Positions 8,624-22,100 of a DNA stretch of 64,000 nt are shown here, piece after piece. The translations under genes and the position numbers were made by a program. The stretch's first letter is position 1. Each line of letters starts with the position of its first letter. Source of the DNA: an uncultured Candidatus Saccharibacteria bacterium (GTDB taxonomy: Bacteria > Patescibacteriota > WWE3 > UBA101185 > 2-01-FULL-41-18); contig CAZWQF010000004.1 in NCBI GenBank assembly GCA_964636285.1, positions 67,666 to 131,665 of the forward strand. Direction: 5' to 3'. The notes under the pieces were generated by a model, which searched no databases, was not told the origin of the DNA, and saw only the letters and a list, made by a program, of their open reading frames with translations.

Positions 8624-10066
8624 TTACTTTGCTTTCTGCGCCTTTCTAAAATTTATCACTTTTTTATAAAGTTCCGAATAATCAAACGCGCTTGAGTCCC
8701 ATGAAAAATCCTTAGCCATAGCTTTTTTTACCATTCCTTCATACTTTGCACTCCCCCAAAGCTTAACGGCCTTATCTATTGTTCTGAAAAGTGCATCTCC
8801 TTTGAACAAAGTAAACGAAAAACCATCTTTTCCATCCGCAACAGTATCCTTAAGCCCTCCAACCTTATGAACAATTGGCAGAGCACCATATCTCATTGCT
8901 ATCATCTGAGCTAAACCGCATGGCTCCGTCCTAGATGGCATTAAGAAAAAGTCGGAAGCTGCGTAAATTTTTCTTGCTAAGCCCTCATTAAACCCAAGGT
9001 TTATTGATAACTTATCGTGATATTTTTGCATCGAAGCAAGTTTTTTAAAGTTTTCTTCGTAGGTCTTGTCCCCTTTTCCAAGAATGATAAGCTGAACATC
9101 CATCTCAAGAATTTTCCCAATAATATCTCCAAAGATATCAAGTCCTTTTTGATTTGGATCGAGTCTACTTATAAGTGAGATGACCGGGACGTTCTTATCA
9201 GCTAAAACAAGTTCTTTTTGAAGAGCTTTTTTAACTGCAAGCTTACCTTCTTTCCAGTTCTCAGCACCAAATCTCTGCACTAGGTTTACATCTGTTTTGG
9301 GGTTGAAGTATTCGTAATCAAGGCCGTTGATAATTCCAAAAAACCTACCCTGCCTTGATCTTAGTATGTCAGCCATAGGGCCACCAATATCATCAAAAAG
9401 AAGCTCCTTGGCATAAGTTGGAGATACTGTGCTAACGGCATCGCTTGACGCAATCCCTTCTAGCATAAAATTCACATGTTTATCTTCAAGATCCCACTGT
9501 AGAATTTGATGTTCTGGAACGGACAATCCCATTTCGTAAACAAGTTCCATATCCCACTGACCTTGATATGCAATATTGTGGATTGTGAAAAGCGTGGCCG
9601 GTCTATCCTCACCTATCTCCTCTTCCAAAAGATGCGTGACCATACCTGTGTGCCAGTCGTTACAATGCACAAGATCATATGTGTTAAATGAGGCTTTTAT
9701 GAACTCAACCAAGGCTTTATTGAAGAAAGCAAAGCGTTCAACCTCATCTTGTAATGAAGTGAAAGCATCAGAGCCACCGTGAGCCATGTAATCATCGTTT
9801 TTTAAAAGAAAGACATCAACATTGCTACCGGGAAGTTTTGTTTTAAACACACCCACCTCATGAGTTTTATTTGCATAGCCCACCTGTATAGTCATTTGCT
9901 TAATAATTTTAAATTTGTGGAGATCTATGATCTGGTAAAAAGGAATAACAACATCAGCTTCAATGCCAAGCTTTTGAAGCGCTTTTGGAAGCGAACCTGC
10001 TACATCGCCAAGTCCACCTACTTTAACGATTGGGGCCACTTCTGAGGCAGCAAGCAAAATTTTCAT
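8624..10066 (-). CDS. glgA: Glycogen synthase (GT5)
   Basis: KVGGLGDV, HCNDWHT, FTIHNIAYQG and PSRTEPCGLAQMIAMRYG. Confidence 0.95.
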   Translation of the reverse strand: MKILLAASEVAPIVKVGGLGDVAGSLPKALQKLGIEADVVIPFYQIIDLHKFKIIKQMTIQVGYANKTHEVGVFKTKLPGSNVDVFLLKNDDYMAHGGSDAFTSLQDEVERFAFFNKALVEFIKASFNTYDLVHCNDWHTGMVTHLLEEEIGEDRPATLFTIHNIAYQGQWDMELVYEMGLSVPEHQILQWDLEDKHVNFMLEGIASSDAVSTVSPTYAKELLFDDIGGPMADILRSRQGRFFGIINGLDYEYFNPKTDVNLVQRFGAENWKEGKLAVKKALQKELVLADKNVPVISLISRLDPNQKGLDIFGDIIGKILEMDVQLIILGKGDKTYEENFKKLASMQKYHDKLSINLGFNEGLARKIYAASDFFLMPSRTEPCGLAQMIAMRYGALPIVHKVGGLKDTVADGKDGFSFTLFKGDALFRTIDKAVKLWGSAKYEGMVKKAMAKDFSWDSSAFDYSELYKKVINFRKAQKAK

Positions 10067-10164
10067 CTGTATAAGTGTATCAGGATAGAGGGTATGTTGG
10101 AATAACGAATTTAAACTGATTCTTGAGTACAGGTAGTAAGGTAATAAAACTACTCATTTGTCTA

Positions 10165-13100
10165 TTAATTTATGAGCCACCAGTTAATTGTGGTATCTGA
10201 AGATTGAGAGGCATCAATTAGCACTTCAAACTCGTTGTCTGACAGAATCTTGTATGCAACTGACAATGGCTTATCTTTTGAGGTTACAAACACGAGTGAC
10301 TTTGATGTCAACTTATTGCTTGTAACTTTGACACTCTTGCTACCTGCTTTGATAACTGCACTACCAAGAGCTGCGTTTTGGTTTACATTATCGTCAGCTG
10401 AAACTTGTGAGACATTTAGCTTTTCTATAGAAAGGCTATTAATTACCCCTTCTTCAGCCTCAACCGAGTCAGCTACAAGCTTAACTGCAGTTATGGCCCC
10501 ATCGTTTGAAATTACAACTTTTCCGTTGAAAATGTCCAAGTCTCCTGCAAGAACGTCTGACTGAAGCTTAAGAGTTCCGATTGACGATATTGATTGATCT
10601 GCATCACTTATTGTCAAAAGCCCTACAGTTAATTTACCGGCAACATTAAGATCCGAAAGGAACGACTGCCCTGCCACCCTCAAATCTCCAAGGACTCTTG
10701 CAAATTCGTTGACTTGAAGGCTCTTAACACTTGAGCTGGCTGAAAGCTCAGCTGACTCTGAAGATTCAGAAAGTTCAGAGCTTGATGTAGCTTCGAATGA
10801 TTCGCCGGTAAGAATCTTAAGCGTAGCCTTAAGCGAATCAATTTGAGACTGAAGATCTGTTGCCTGATCTTTTGTGGCAAATTCGTCTGAAAGATTATCA
10901 CCTTCTCTAACATCAGTCGAAAGGGCTTCTGCTGAATTTGAAGATTCAAGAGCAGAAAGCTGACTCTCAAGAGCCAAAATCCTACCTGAAAGCGAATCAA
11001 TCTTTTCGTTTAATGAAGTTGCAACTCCAGAAATTATCGCCTGTGCTTCATCTTTTGAATTTGAAACTCCAAGGGTTCTGTCTATATCTGAAAGCTTAGC
11101 GTCAACTTCTGCTTTTGTATAAGCCTCAGATGTAAGTGATCCTCCATCTGTTAGCGTCATCATAGAGTCAGGAGATGCCCAGTTTGTTGAAACAACCATT
11201 AGCACTCTGTCTTTTGAATCGCCTGGGTTCCAGAATTCAATTGCTCTTCCAAGCATAATTCCTGATTTTGTTGCTTTTTTGGCCATTCCTACAGTTGTAG
11301 AAGATGTAAGATAATCGCCTGGCACAATTGGATCTGAATCTGGTGATATCTTAACGGGAACTCTTCCTGAAATTGCTACTTTTGCGGCTGAGTTGAATTT
11401 ACCACCGCCAACTATGAGGGAAGAATCGGTTGAGATAACACCTAAGAGCTTTCTGTCACTCTCTATTGAAGAAAGCGTAATCTGACCGTTATCGTTAAGT
11501 GATACAACATCACCTGGTTTTGCTTCTGCATATGTTTCAATGTCTCTTTGGTACATCTCTGATATATCTGAGGTTGTCGTCATATCAATACCGCCAGCAA
11601 GACCATCTAAAACCGACGGCTGTGAATTAGCCTGTGTAAGCGAGCTGGGCTCAGGATCGTCCTGCCACGTCCTAACATAATCTATATCATTATTCTCAGA
11701 AGTGGTGTCCGAAGTCTCTGTCTTAAGCATAATATCCATGAGTGTTGTTGCACCGGGAATATTAGTTGTTTTTGAGACTGCTGTGCCGTCCACAGAACAA
11801 ATTACTTGAGGTGTTGTACCATTCTGAAGCCAAACTCTGAGTCTCTGGAATGTTGTTGTTGAGATATCAACACCAGTGCTAGTCACTGATTCGGTTGTCC
11901 CATCAGATGTTATACACTGCCAGGTTGTATCGGCTGCTCTCTTTCCAATATAAGCATGAGCACCTGTAAGAGTGTCAGAACCTGAACCTGGAACAGCTGT
12001 TGAAAGTCCAAAGAAAGCTCTTTGTGAGCCATTTGTATCAGTTCCAAGCTTAACGCTTGTTTCAAATACTGGGTTATTTTGTCTTTGGTAAAAGCCGTTT
12101 GTTAATGTAGCCTGAGTTGAGGTATAGCAGGCACCTGGATTTGTGGTACCAGTTGTATGCCTGAGAACCCCATTAACTACGGCAGTTTGAAATGTGAAGT
12201 TACATGTGGCAGCTCCCGTGGCAGTGGGATTTTGCCAATTATTTGTATCTAACATCCTTCCCATGAAATCATCCTGAAAAGTATTCATACCCTGCATATT
12301 TATAAAACCTTTTACAAGCTCTAGGTTAAAGTAACCTGTACCTGCATTTCTGACATTTAGAGTTGTGTAGTTGTTTGTGTCTGTTGAAGCTCTGTTCCCT
12401 ATAGCAATAGTGGCAGCGTTTGAAGTCGTGGAGTTAATAGTATCAAACATAGCTGAGTAATTTGTGTCTGCACCTGATTGGCCCGCAACATATAAACCAT
12501 ACTTTGTGGATGTTCCATTTGTTGAGGAAGTGCCATTGGCTACGTAAACTCCGTATGAATTCACAGTTCCAGATCCAGATCCTTGGGAAGCTGAAGCTGA
12601 AAAATACCCAGCGTATGCATTTGTGGTGGAAGTATTATACGAGTTTGAAGCAGATACACTGTAGTAACCCCCATACAAGGTCTTTGAACCTCCATCAACT
12701 AAACCAGAATTTGTCACAGTTGTATAATCACCATACATATTCAGGCCACTGATGGTTTGAGTGCTTGAAACAGTATTTCTCAAGCCACTTATTGTACTGC
12801 TGGATGAAGCGCTTTCATCAACGCTAGTAGATAAGTACATATTAGTAGAATAATTAGAAATAGATGGAAGAGCTGTCAAAAACGACTCTATAAGCCCTGT
12901 GTTTGCGGAGGCTGAATTAGAGTAACCGGTAGCTAAAATTGCAGACCCTGTAGTTGCAGATGATCCAATGTCGGCCCTGATGACATCTCCCGTAGTATTT
13001 GTTGAACCTATCGCCCAGATATAACTATCATCATCGCTATTTAATCTTATATCTCCGCTTCCATTTGGCGTAATTGCCAGATCTTCATTTGTACCTGTGG

Positions 13101-16100
13101 ACAAATCAACAGTCATTCCTGAAAGCACTAAGCCTGTATCAGAATCTCCAGAAAGCACATGATTGCTTGAGGCAGACACATCTGAAAGCACCAAAATATC
13201 ATTTCCATCTGTTGCAGCGTCATCTTCAAAGGTCCATGTTCCCCCATTCGCAATCTTAAAAACCGTTGTTGTATCAACTGAGTAAAGATTTGCGTCCCAT
13301 CCAGATCCAAGAGTTACGCCGTACTCTGTGCCTGCTCCAGGAGTAATTGAGGAGACATTAAGACCGTTTAAAGTTCCCGCAGAAATACCGTAGGCTGAAA
13401 CTCTAATACCATTGTTCACAAGTGTGCTGGCAGCACCGGATTGAATAGTGCTAGCTCTTAACGAACTAATTGTACATGCCCCTGAAGCACACCCTGTGAT
13501 AGTTGGAGATGCTGCTTCAATAGATGATACGTCTTTAGTACCAGCACCTGATGTATTTATTGTAGGAGCAACATAAATACCTGATGTTGACGAGTTACCA
13601 GTAGTGTTGGTAGACGCATCTGTGAAAGCTAGATCCAAATATCTTGCTGACTCAGCAGCTGTATGCACATAACTTGCTGTAGAAAGAGTTAAAACGGGTT
13701 CTGTTGTTCTTGAAGTTGCAGAGGGGTATATTTCAAAATTCCCTGTTCCTGTGAGATCAGACACTATGCTTCCCGCGTTAAAAGTCCTAAGTGTCAAATC
13801 ATTGCTCTCAAAAGATTCTCCTGCTTCAAGGTACAGAGGTGCATTGGACTTTATGTAAGAAGCTGTCTGGTTTGTAAACTGAAGATCATATGCTATAGAC
13901 ACGTCACCAGCCGCTGTAAACGAATGTGGAAGGGCAGATGTAATGCCGGTTTCAGAAACTGAGAAGAGTGATGTACCGTTGTCGGTCACATTAAAAAGGT
14001 TTCCTGATGTAGACCCATTCGAACCAATATTAATCCTGAACAGATCTCCTGTAGCTGTAGCTGAAGAGCCTGGTGACCAGTCAAAATACCCAAGCGATCC
14101 GCCTGTGGTTGCAGTTGTCAGTGCAGTAGACTGAGACATAACATTTAGGATTGTGCCTGTTGACAATGTGTTTGCAGAGCCTGTAGTCAGATCCATTAGC
14201 CTACCAGTTGTTAATGAGGAAGAATTAAAGTAGGCACCTGTTCCAGAGGTTAGTGAATTGTTTGAAAAGACCCAAGAAGAGGATGTGGTTCCAGTTGTTG
14301 CAACAGCAGATGTAAAAACTTGAGAACCTGTAGTTGTGGTTAAGTTAAGTGCCCCTACCCCATTCGGTTGAATTGTAAGCGCCTCGTCTGTATCAGCCGT
14401 GGTGATTGTTGCAGAGGAATCATTCAAGCCAAGTGTAAGATCTCCAGTAGAGAGTAATCCTGAATTAGAGTTATCTGTAAGGGTAAGAAGAGAATTTGTG
14501 TTATCTGAAATTGTTAGCGTTCCAGTGTCAGCAATAGAAATCGAAGGGGTTGTTGAGGTCAGGTCTATTTCGTTTCCAGTGCCAGAATTTGAAAGCCTTA
14601 GCGTATCGATATCTCCTGCGGCCTGCTGAGTTAAGCTCATCATAAAAGACGAATCCGTACCTGAAGAGGATGGATTTGTGAAGACTATAGAATCATCCGT
14701 ACCTGAAAGCGTGACAGTAGCATCCGATCCATCTGCGTCGTTAGAGTAAGCTTGCTGGAAAGTAGTGGACGCCCCAGATACATCAGTCCAACCCGATGAA
14801 GTGTACATGTAAAGCCTATCGTCATCCGAGTCGTACGCAAGGTATCCTTCTCCAGTTGATGGGTTTGAAAAAGAGGCAGCTTGTGGAAGTCTTAATCCTT
14901 GAGAAGCTGTAGATCCATATGTTATTGAGCCAAGATCAATATATCCAGTGTTTGGTAACGAAAGGGTTGCCGCTGCTCCATTGTCTGCAATGGTTAGAAG
15001 GTTTTGTGTTCCATCATTAATTGCGAATGTCTCACCGCTTGCAATTCTCATAGTTGGTGTTGTGCCAGCAAAATACATTTCGTAATCCCAGTTGCTACCA
15101 ATATACAATCCAGTACCCACTGCCTGAGGATCGGCTGTGATGCTATTTACATACATGCCGTAAACATTATTTCCAGTACCTGTGTGATCTCTCGCCGGAG
15201 GGTTAACATATATACCAGACTGGGAATCATTGCCGTCCATTGGAATATTAATTGAGTACTCTGGGCCATCTATAGTTAAAGTAGAAATGAACTGAGATCC
15301 AGAGAAATCTGACCCAGTTATGTAATTTCTGAATACGTGGCTAGTTGGCCCTTCGTAATAAAGATTGTCTGTTGCTGCTATAAGCTGAGAATACTTTGTT
15401 GAACCAGGATCAATCGATAGAGAACCATCAATACTAACATCACCACCAAGCGTTATTGTCCCATCCGTATTGTTATCAATTGTCTCTCCATTTTGAAGTC
15501 TAATATCAGTTGTTACTCCTGTAGAAGCAATGTTAAGTGCTGTTGTGATTGTCTGGGCTCCAGATCCAATTGTAATAGCATTTGTTAAAGCTCCTGCTGA
15601 GTTTGTAATATTAACTCCATTTGTTAGTGTACCTGCTCCTGATTGGTCAAGAAGGATACCATTGGTTTTTGTTCCTGATGTATGTGAAGAAGAAAGCTGA
15701 ATGAGCTCTCCCGTACCTGCGTTTGAGATCTGAAGAGCATCTTGTGTTCCAGTGGCTAACTGATCAATGTTTAAAAGGTAGGCGGAGTCTGTTCCAGATG
15801 CTGCTGGGTTTCTAAAGATTAACGAATCATCTGCTGATGTTAAGGCTACTATTGTATCTGATCCAGCAGCATCATTTCCATACGCCTGCTGAAGAGTTGT
15901 TGAAGCTCCGTTTACTGAAACCCAGGAGGAACCATCATAAGCATAAAGAGCGTTATCATCTGCATCCCATGCAAGGTAACCTTCTCCTGAAGTTGGGTTA
16001 GTAAATGAGTTAGCTTGAGGAAGTCTAAATCCTTGATTTGCTGAGGAAGCGTGAGTTACAGCTCCAAGGTCTAAAAATCCTGTTACGCTACTTAAAGTCA

Positions 16101-19100
16101 AACTTGTGGAGGCTGTGATTGCGTCTGAAAAAATGAATCTTGGACTTGACCCAGCAGAGTCAAGAGTAAGAGACCCATCCGCATTTGCAGTAAATGTTGT
16201 AAGGTTAGCCCCGTCAATGCCATCGTCAATAATTAACGTATCTCCTGTTCTGAAATCATATCCATAGACACCAGCCCAAGCATCGGTAGGAGACCCTAAA
16301 GCGTAATAATTATTCCCATCAGGAACAATTGTACCTGCCATAGTAATACCATCGTTAAAAGCAAAACCAGCCCCTGACCCAGCAGCATCAAAAGTAACCG
16401 TTCCTGACCCAGCAGATCCTATTGTTAGATAATAAGTACTGTCATATGCAACTCTTAGCTGAGGGGACGTGGTGCTTCTAACCTCAAGCTTGTTTGCTGT
16501 ACCACTTGAGCCCGTTCCGATACCTACATTCCCCACAAGGTATGAATTTGAAGTTGATGTTGAATAAAGTGCATACCTGCCGGTAGAACCCACATCAATG
16601 GAGGTGTCCATATAAAGGCCGTAGGATGTATTCACAGTCCCAGAATTTGACCAACCGTCCATCCTAACTCCATACACTGTTGGCATTGTTGTAGTGTTGG
16701 CAATTTGCGAAAGAATACCCGTAGCTGAAGTAGAAATTGATCCAGTACCATTAGCCGAAACTCTTCCTTGAACTCCAATTGCAGTACCAATTGAGCCTGA
16801 TGAAGCCAAAAGACTTCCATAGACTCCAGTTGCTGTTGTGATAGATCCCGCACCTGAATTTGCAATACCAAAGTAACCTGATGTTGCTGAGCCTTTTGAG
16901 CCTGATGTTGCTGAGTTTGTTACAGTGGAGCTTACACCATACAGAAAGTTTGCTAGTGTTGTACTGTCTGTTACATTTGAATTAACCCCAACCACTGCAT
17001 TCGCTTCAGTACTCGGAGAATTTGTTAAATCCACTCTAATTCCATCTCCATACCCTAGAGCAGTCGTAGTGTCTACTGTCCCTGAAATTAACAAGGCAGC
17101 GCCAGTATCGTTTATATCTGTTGTAAGTTCAACTAAACCATTTGTTACTCCTGAAGTCCCACCTGAGGGGCCGTTTAATGCCACAGCACTTCCAGAAGTT
17201 AAAGATGCAGCAGTAATTGTATGTGCATCAGTTGTTGTACCTGTATATGTCTGAGTGAATGCCCCAGCTCCTGATGTCATTGTGAAGTTTGCTCCTGCAT
17301 CAAGTGTCACTGCGTTTAATGTTGAGGATGAATCCACATTTAAGGTTGAGGTTGTTGAGATTGCAGTTGTTAAGTTATCAATTCCTGTTTCACCTGTTAA
17401 GGTACCATTTGTTGTAACCGTAACAAAGTTTGAGTTTATAGGTGCATATGTGTTTGCCAATGTTGTTCCGTTTTGGGTAACTGTGTTTACATAAAGGTTA
17501 TCCCATGGAGTTGAGGAAGAACCAAGGTCACTAACTCCTGTTGTTCCTACAGGAATTAGATCATTATCAGTTTGGATAAGTCCATTTACTGTTATTACAT
17601 CAGCAGAGTCACTTCCTAAATTTACGTTCCCATTCGCAACAAAAGCTCCGTTTGCTGTTAACTGCCCTGTTGTGGTCAAAGTGCTGCTTGCTGTGACACC
17701 CTTCGCAAACTCAATTGAATTTGCCACTGCTGCGGTTGTATCAATGTAAAGCCTTCCAGTATTTGTTACATCAAAAATAGCGTATGCACCTGTACTATAT
17801 GCAAGTCTAAATTGAGGCTCTGTTGTGGATAGAACTTCGAGCGGGTTATTAGGATCAGTTGTTCCAATACCAACATCTCCTGCCCCTTCGATTCTTATTC
17901 TCTCTTGGTTATTTGTACCAAGAACTAGTGGTTGCGAAGTAGATGTTCCAACACCCATTCCAAGGTTTGATGCTCCTCCTGCTACTACAAAGTATTTGTC
18001 TGCTCTATCAAGCCCAAAGTAGTCAAAGGATGTGTACCCGGTGCCTCCGTAGAATATACCTCCGTACGATGCCAGCGTGCCTCTGCTGTTTTCAAGGAAG
18101 AGTGCTGCCTGTTGAACATCTGAAGTGCCTGTGGTCTGAATCCTTGCCATGCTTGCGGCTGAGTTGACCACGTCAAGCTGATAGTCTGGGGCGGCTGTGC
18201 CAATTCCTATTCGATCACTGCTGGCGTCTACTGAAAAGGTACTTCCATCAAACGAAAGGCCATTTATCCCACCTGTAAGTGTAAAATCTGTATCGTTTGC
18301 TACAGTTACTGTAGCTGCATTAAGAGTTAGAGTGTCTCCTGACGCGTTGCCTATTGTTGTATTTCCGTTTGATGTAAGATCCCCTGCTAATGTTAATCCA
18401 CCTGTTGAGGTAAAGTCAGTGCCTGAGTTTCCAATGTTAACTACTGTGTTTGCATTAAGATCAATACCATTGGTCATTGTTCCTGTGATGTTAAGTCCTG
18501 TGGTTACTGTACCTGCTGTTCTTGTTAAGTTAAGAAGATTTGTGATGGTACCAGCTCCTGTTTGTTCGATGAGAGCTCCGTTTGTTGTAGATCCTGCTAC
18601 GTTTGCTAGAGATACTTGAAGAGCTTCTCCTGTACCAGCGTTTGAGATCTGAAGAGCGTCTACTGCTCCTGTTGCTAACTGATCAAGATTCATAAGGTAT
18701 CCAGAGTCTGTACCAGATGCTGCTGGGTTTCTTAGGATAAGTGAATCATCTGCTGATGTTAAGGCAAGTATAGAGTTGGAACCATCCGCATCGTTATCAT
18801 ATGCATTTTGTAGTGTTGTAGATGCTCCAGAGACATTCTGCCATGAGGATCCATTGTATGCATAGAGAGCATTATCGTCTGCATCCCAAGCAAGGTAACC
18901 TTCTCCTGATGTTGGATTGGTAAATGAGTTTGCTTGAGGAAGTCTTAAACCTTGGTTTGCTGCGGATCCATGCGTGATTGCAGAGAGATCTATGAATCCT
19001 GTGTTTGGTAACGAAAGAGTTGCAGCTGTTCCATTGTCTGCAATGGTTAGAAGGTTTTGTGTTCCATCGTAAAGAGTAAGTGTGGAAGCATTAGCCAACT

Positions 19101-22100
19101 GAATTCTAGGCGTAGTGTCGCCAAACACCAAATCAGAATCCCAACTTGCACCTATATATACACCGTATTCATTAGCCTGAAGGTCATCTATAGGAAGAGC
19201 ACCCAAATTAATCCCATATACATAGTTAGCGGATCCTGTATGGTTAACGTTTATTGGATCTATGTATAAATGATTAATTATGTTACTTCCAGATGCTGGG
19301 TTTATGCTTGATCCAGCCCCATCTACCATTAAAATAGATTGCTCTACTCCAGGGTTCATAACCTGTGATGAGGATCTAAATATAGACTCTAATGCGTTAG
19401 AAAGTATTAAATTTGACGAGGACGATGAGATATTGGGATAAGATGTGTCTGCACCAAAGTAAACTGACGCATCCTGCACACTCTCCCCAAATATAAATAG
19501 CTCATCATCAACTACTGCCTGATAAACACCATTTGTGTTCCTATCATCTTTAATTAACAAACTGCCCGTCTGTGTCTTAATAATAAAATCCCCGTCTGAA
19601 GCCTCTAGTGTTGTATGAGCTTCGCCAGCCACTCCAGTATTTGCCACCCTTACACTAAATGAGTCTGAATTAGCCGTAGTTAGATCTAGACCGTTTGAGG
19701 CAGTAACTCCAGTAATATCCAAATCCCCTCCTGTAACAACAGCGTCTCCTGTCAATGTTGTTGTACCTGTAGTAATGTTCAAAGTATTGTCACCAAAAGC
19801 AAATGTTGAATCTACTCCTGCAGAGGCATTAAATGTCCACGTTATTCCTGCTTCACTTCCAAACGTAGTAGTGCCTATCTCCGTAGTGTCAAGATTGATT
19901 GTTAATTGATCTGCAACTCCTGAAACATCAACATCAATGCCGTTGGTACCGCCATTAAATAAAACTGTGGCACCAGAAGCAATAAGCCTTGTCTCTGCAT
20001 CGTCTGATGAGTCAACTGTCCATCCTGAGTATCCACCTCCACCTATCTGAATGAATGATGTTCCGTTGTATACATAAAGGGCATCTCCTGAGGTATCGTA
20101 AACAACATCTCCTTCAACTGTCCCTGTAACTCCTGCTGGAGCTCCTGCGTTTGTAGGGAGATTAAGGCCTACGTTGTTGTTGTGAGGAGCTGTTTCAATT
20201 CTTCCGTCTGTAGTAATAGAACCAATGTTTGTTAAATCTCCTGTGGCTGAGATATCCCAATCGGATGTATTAACTTCCATAGTGTCCCCACCATCTCCAA
20301 GGATTACGCTTCCTCCTGGAGTTAGAGTGAATGCTCCAGTTGTTGTAAAGGTTGTTGAAGCTCCATCAAATGCTATGTTTGTATCGGCTATGGAAAGATC
20401 GCCGTTGGAATCTAGAGTTCCGTTTGCGGTTAATGCTCCAGTGGTCACGAGGGTGCTTGACACAGTTACCCCATCTGAGAACGTAAAAGAGGCTCCTGCG
20501 CCTGCTGCATCAAAAGTTACCGCACCATTGCTTGCAACCCCTTCTGTAACATAGTTTGAGCTATCATAAGCTACTCTAAATTGAGGGGATGTAACGCTTC
20601 TTACTTCAAGTTGATTAGAAGGAGCATCTGCTCCCGCACCTATTCCCGTTTGACCCTCAAAAAAATGGTAACCACTACCATCCGAATATATATTGTATTT
20701 ATCCGTAGTAGAAACACCTTGATCTTTAATCCTTAATCCATAATTATTCACAATTGTACCTGTAGAGTCAGGTGTCTCAATGACAACCCCGAAGGCATTT
20801 GTAATTGTAGCGTCAGAATTTGCAGACCAAATCTTTGTCATCAAACCTGTAGCGGTACCTAAGGTTGCAACAACAGCAGGGTCATAATAAATCCCTGCTT
20901 CCATGGACTGCATCTCAGCACCTGAAAGCCTATCTGCTGTTAAAGTTGTGTAAAGATTCGACTTGATGCCAATGTACTTCTCATTACTAATCCCACTAGG
21001 CCACACACTAGTGTCCACAAGCAAACTATTCTGCCAGTTAGTCGTATCTTCAAGGGAACCTGCCACGGTTACAACAGCAGCATTCGGTATGTTTTCAGCA
21101 ACACCACCAAAATATGCATTTCCTGTAAATTCTGCCCAACCATCAACCTCAAGGTTTCCTTCAATGTAAGCATCCTCTCCATCCAGCGCATTATCTGGAG
21201 TACCGTTCCCTAATTTAATATTTCCTGTAAGAACATTAAAAATGTCTGCGGTAGCACCAAGTGTTAAATCTGTTGAGTTTGAATCAAAGCCCAAAGTTGT
21301 ATCGGTTGCAGCGGAAGTACCAAATGTCCATACAAAATCCGATGTAGTTCCCCACGTAGTTGTCCCTATCTCAGTAGAATCAAAAGTGAGTGTCAATGTA
21401 TCTGTTAAACTTGTAGCGGTATCAATACCAACCCCTCCTGTAAACTCAGCGGTGTCATTAGCTGATATTGTCTGATCGCTACCTGAATCACCGGAAAGAG
21501 CCCAGGCAGAGTATGCCCCTCCTGCAACAGGAGTGAAAGTAGCACCATTGTAAACATATAGAACTCCTCCTGATGTATCCCAAACAAGATCCCCTGCTGC
21601 AGAACCTGTAACACCTACTGGAGCTCCAGCATTTGTTGGGATATTCAAACCAACTCCATTGTTATGACCTGCTGTTTCAATTCTTCCGTCTGTAGTAATA
21701 GAACCAATGTTTGTTAAGTCACCAGTTGCTGAGATATCCCAATCGGATGTATCAATAGCACCTGTATCTCCCCCATCTCCAAGTGTGAACACCCCATTCG
21801 CATCCAAAGTGCCATTTGCAGTGAGTGTTCCGTTAGCTGTTGTTGTACCTGCAATGGTCAAACCACCAGATGAATCAAAATCAGTTCCCGCATTTCCAAT
21901 ATTTTCAATAGTGTTTGCGTTCAAATTAATTCCTATTGTTGATCCAGTGACAATATTAACTGCTGTTGAGAGTCCTCCCCCAATATTTATTCCGGTTGTT
22001 ATCGCTCCAGCAGTCTCAGTGATATTAATAGCATTTGTTGTTGTTCCTGCACCAGTTTGATCAATTAAAATACCGTTTGTTCTTGTTCCAGAAGCGTTAG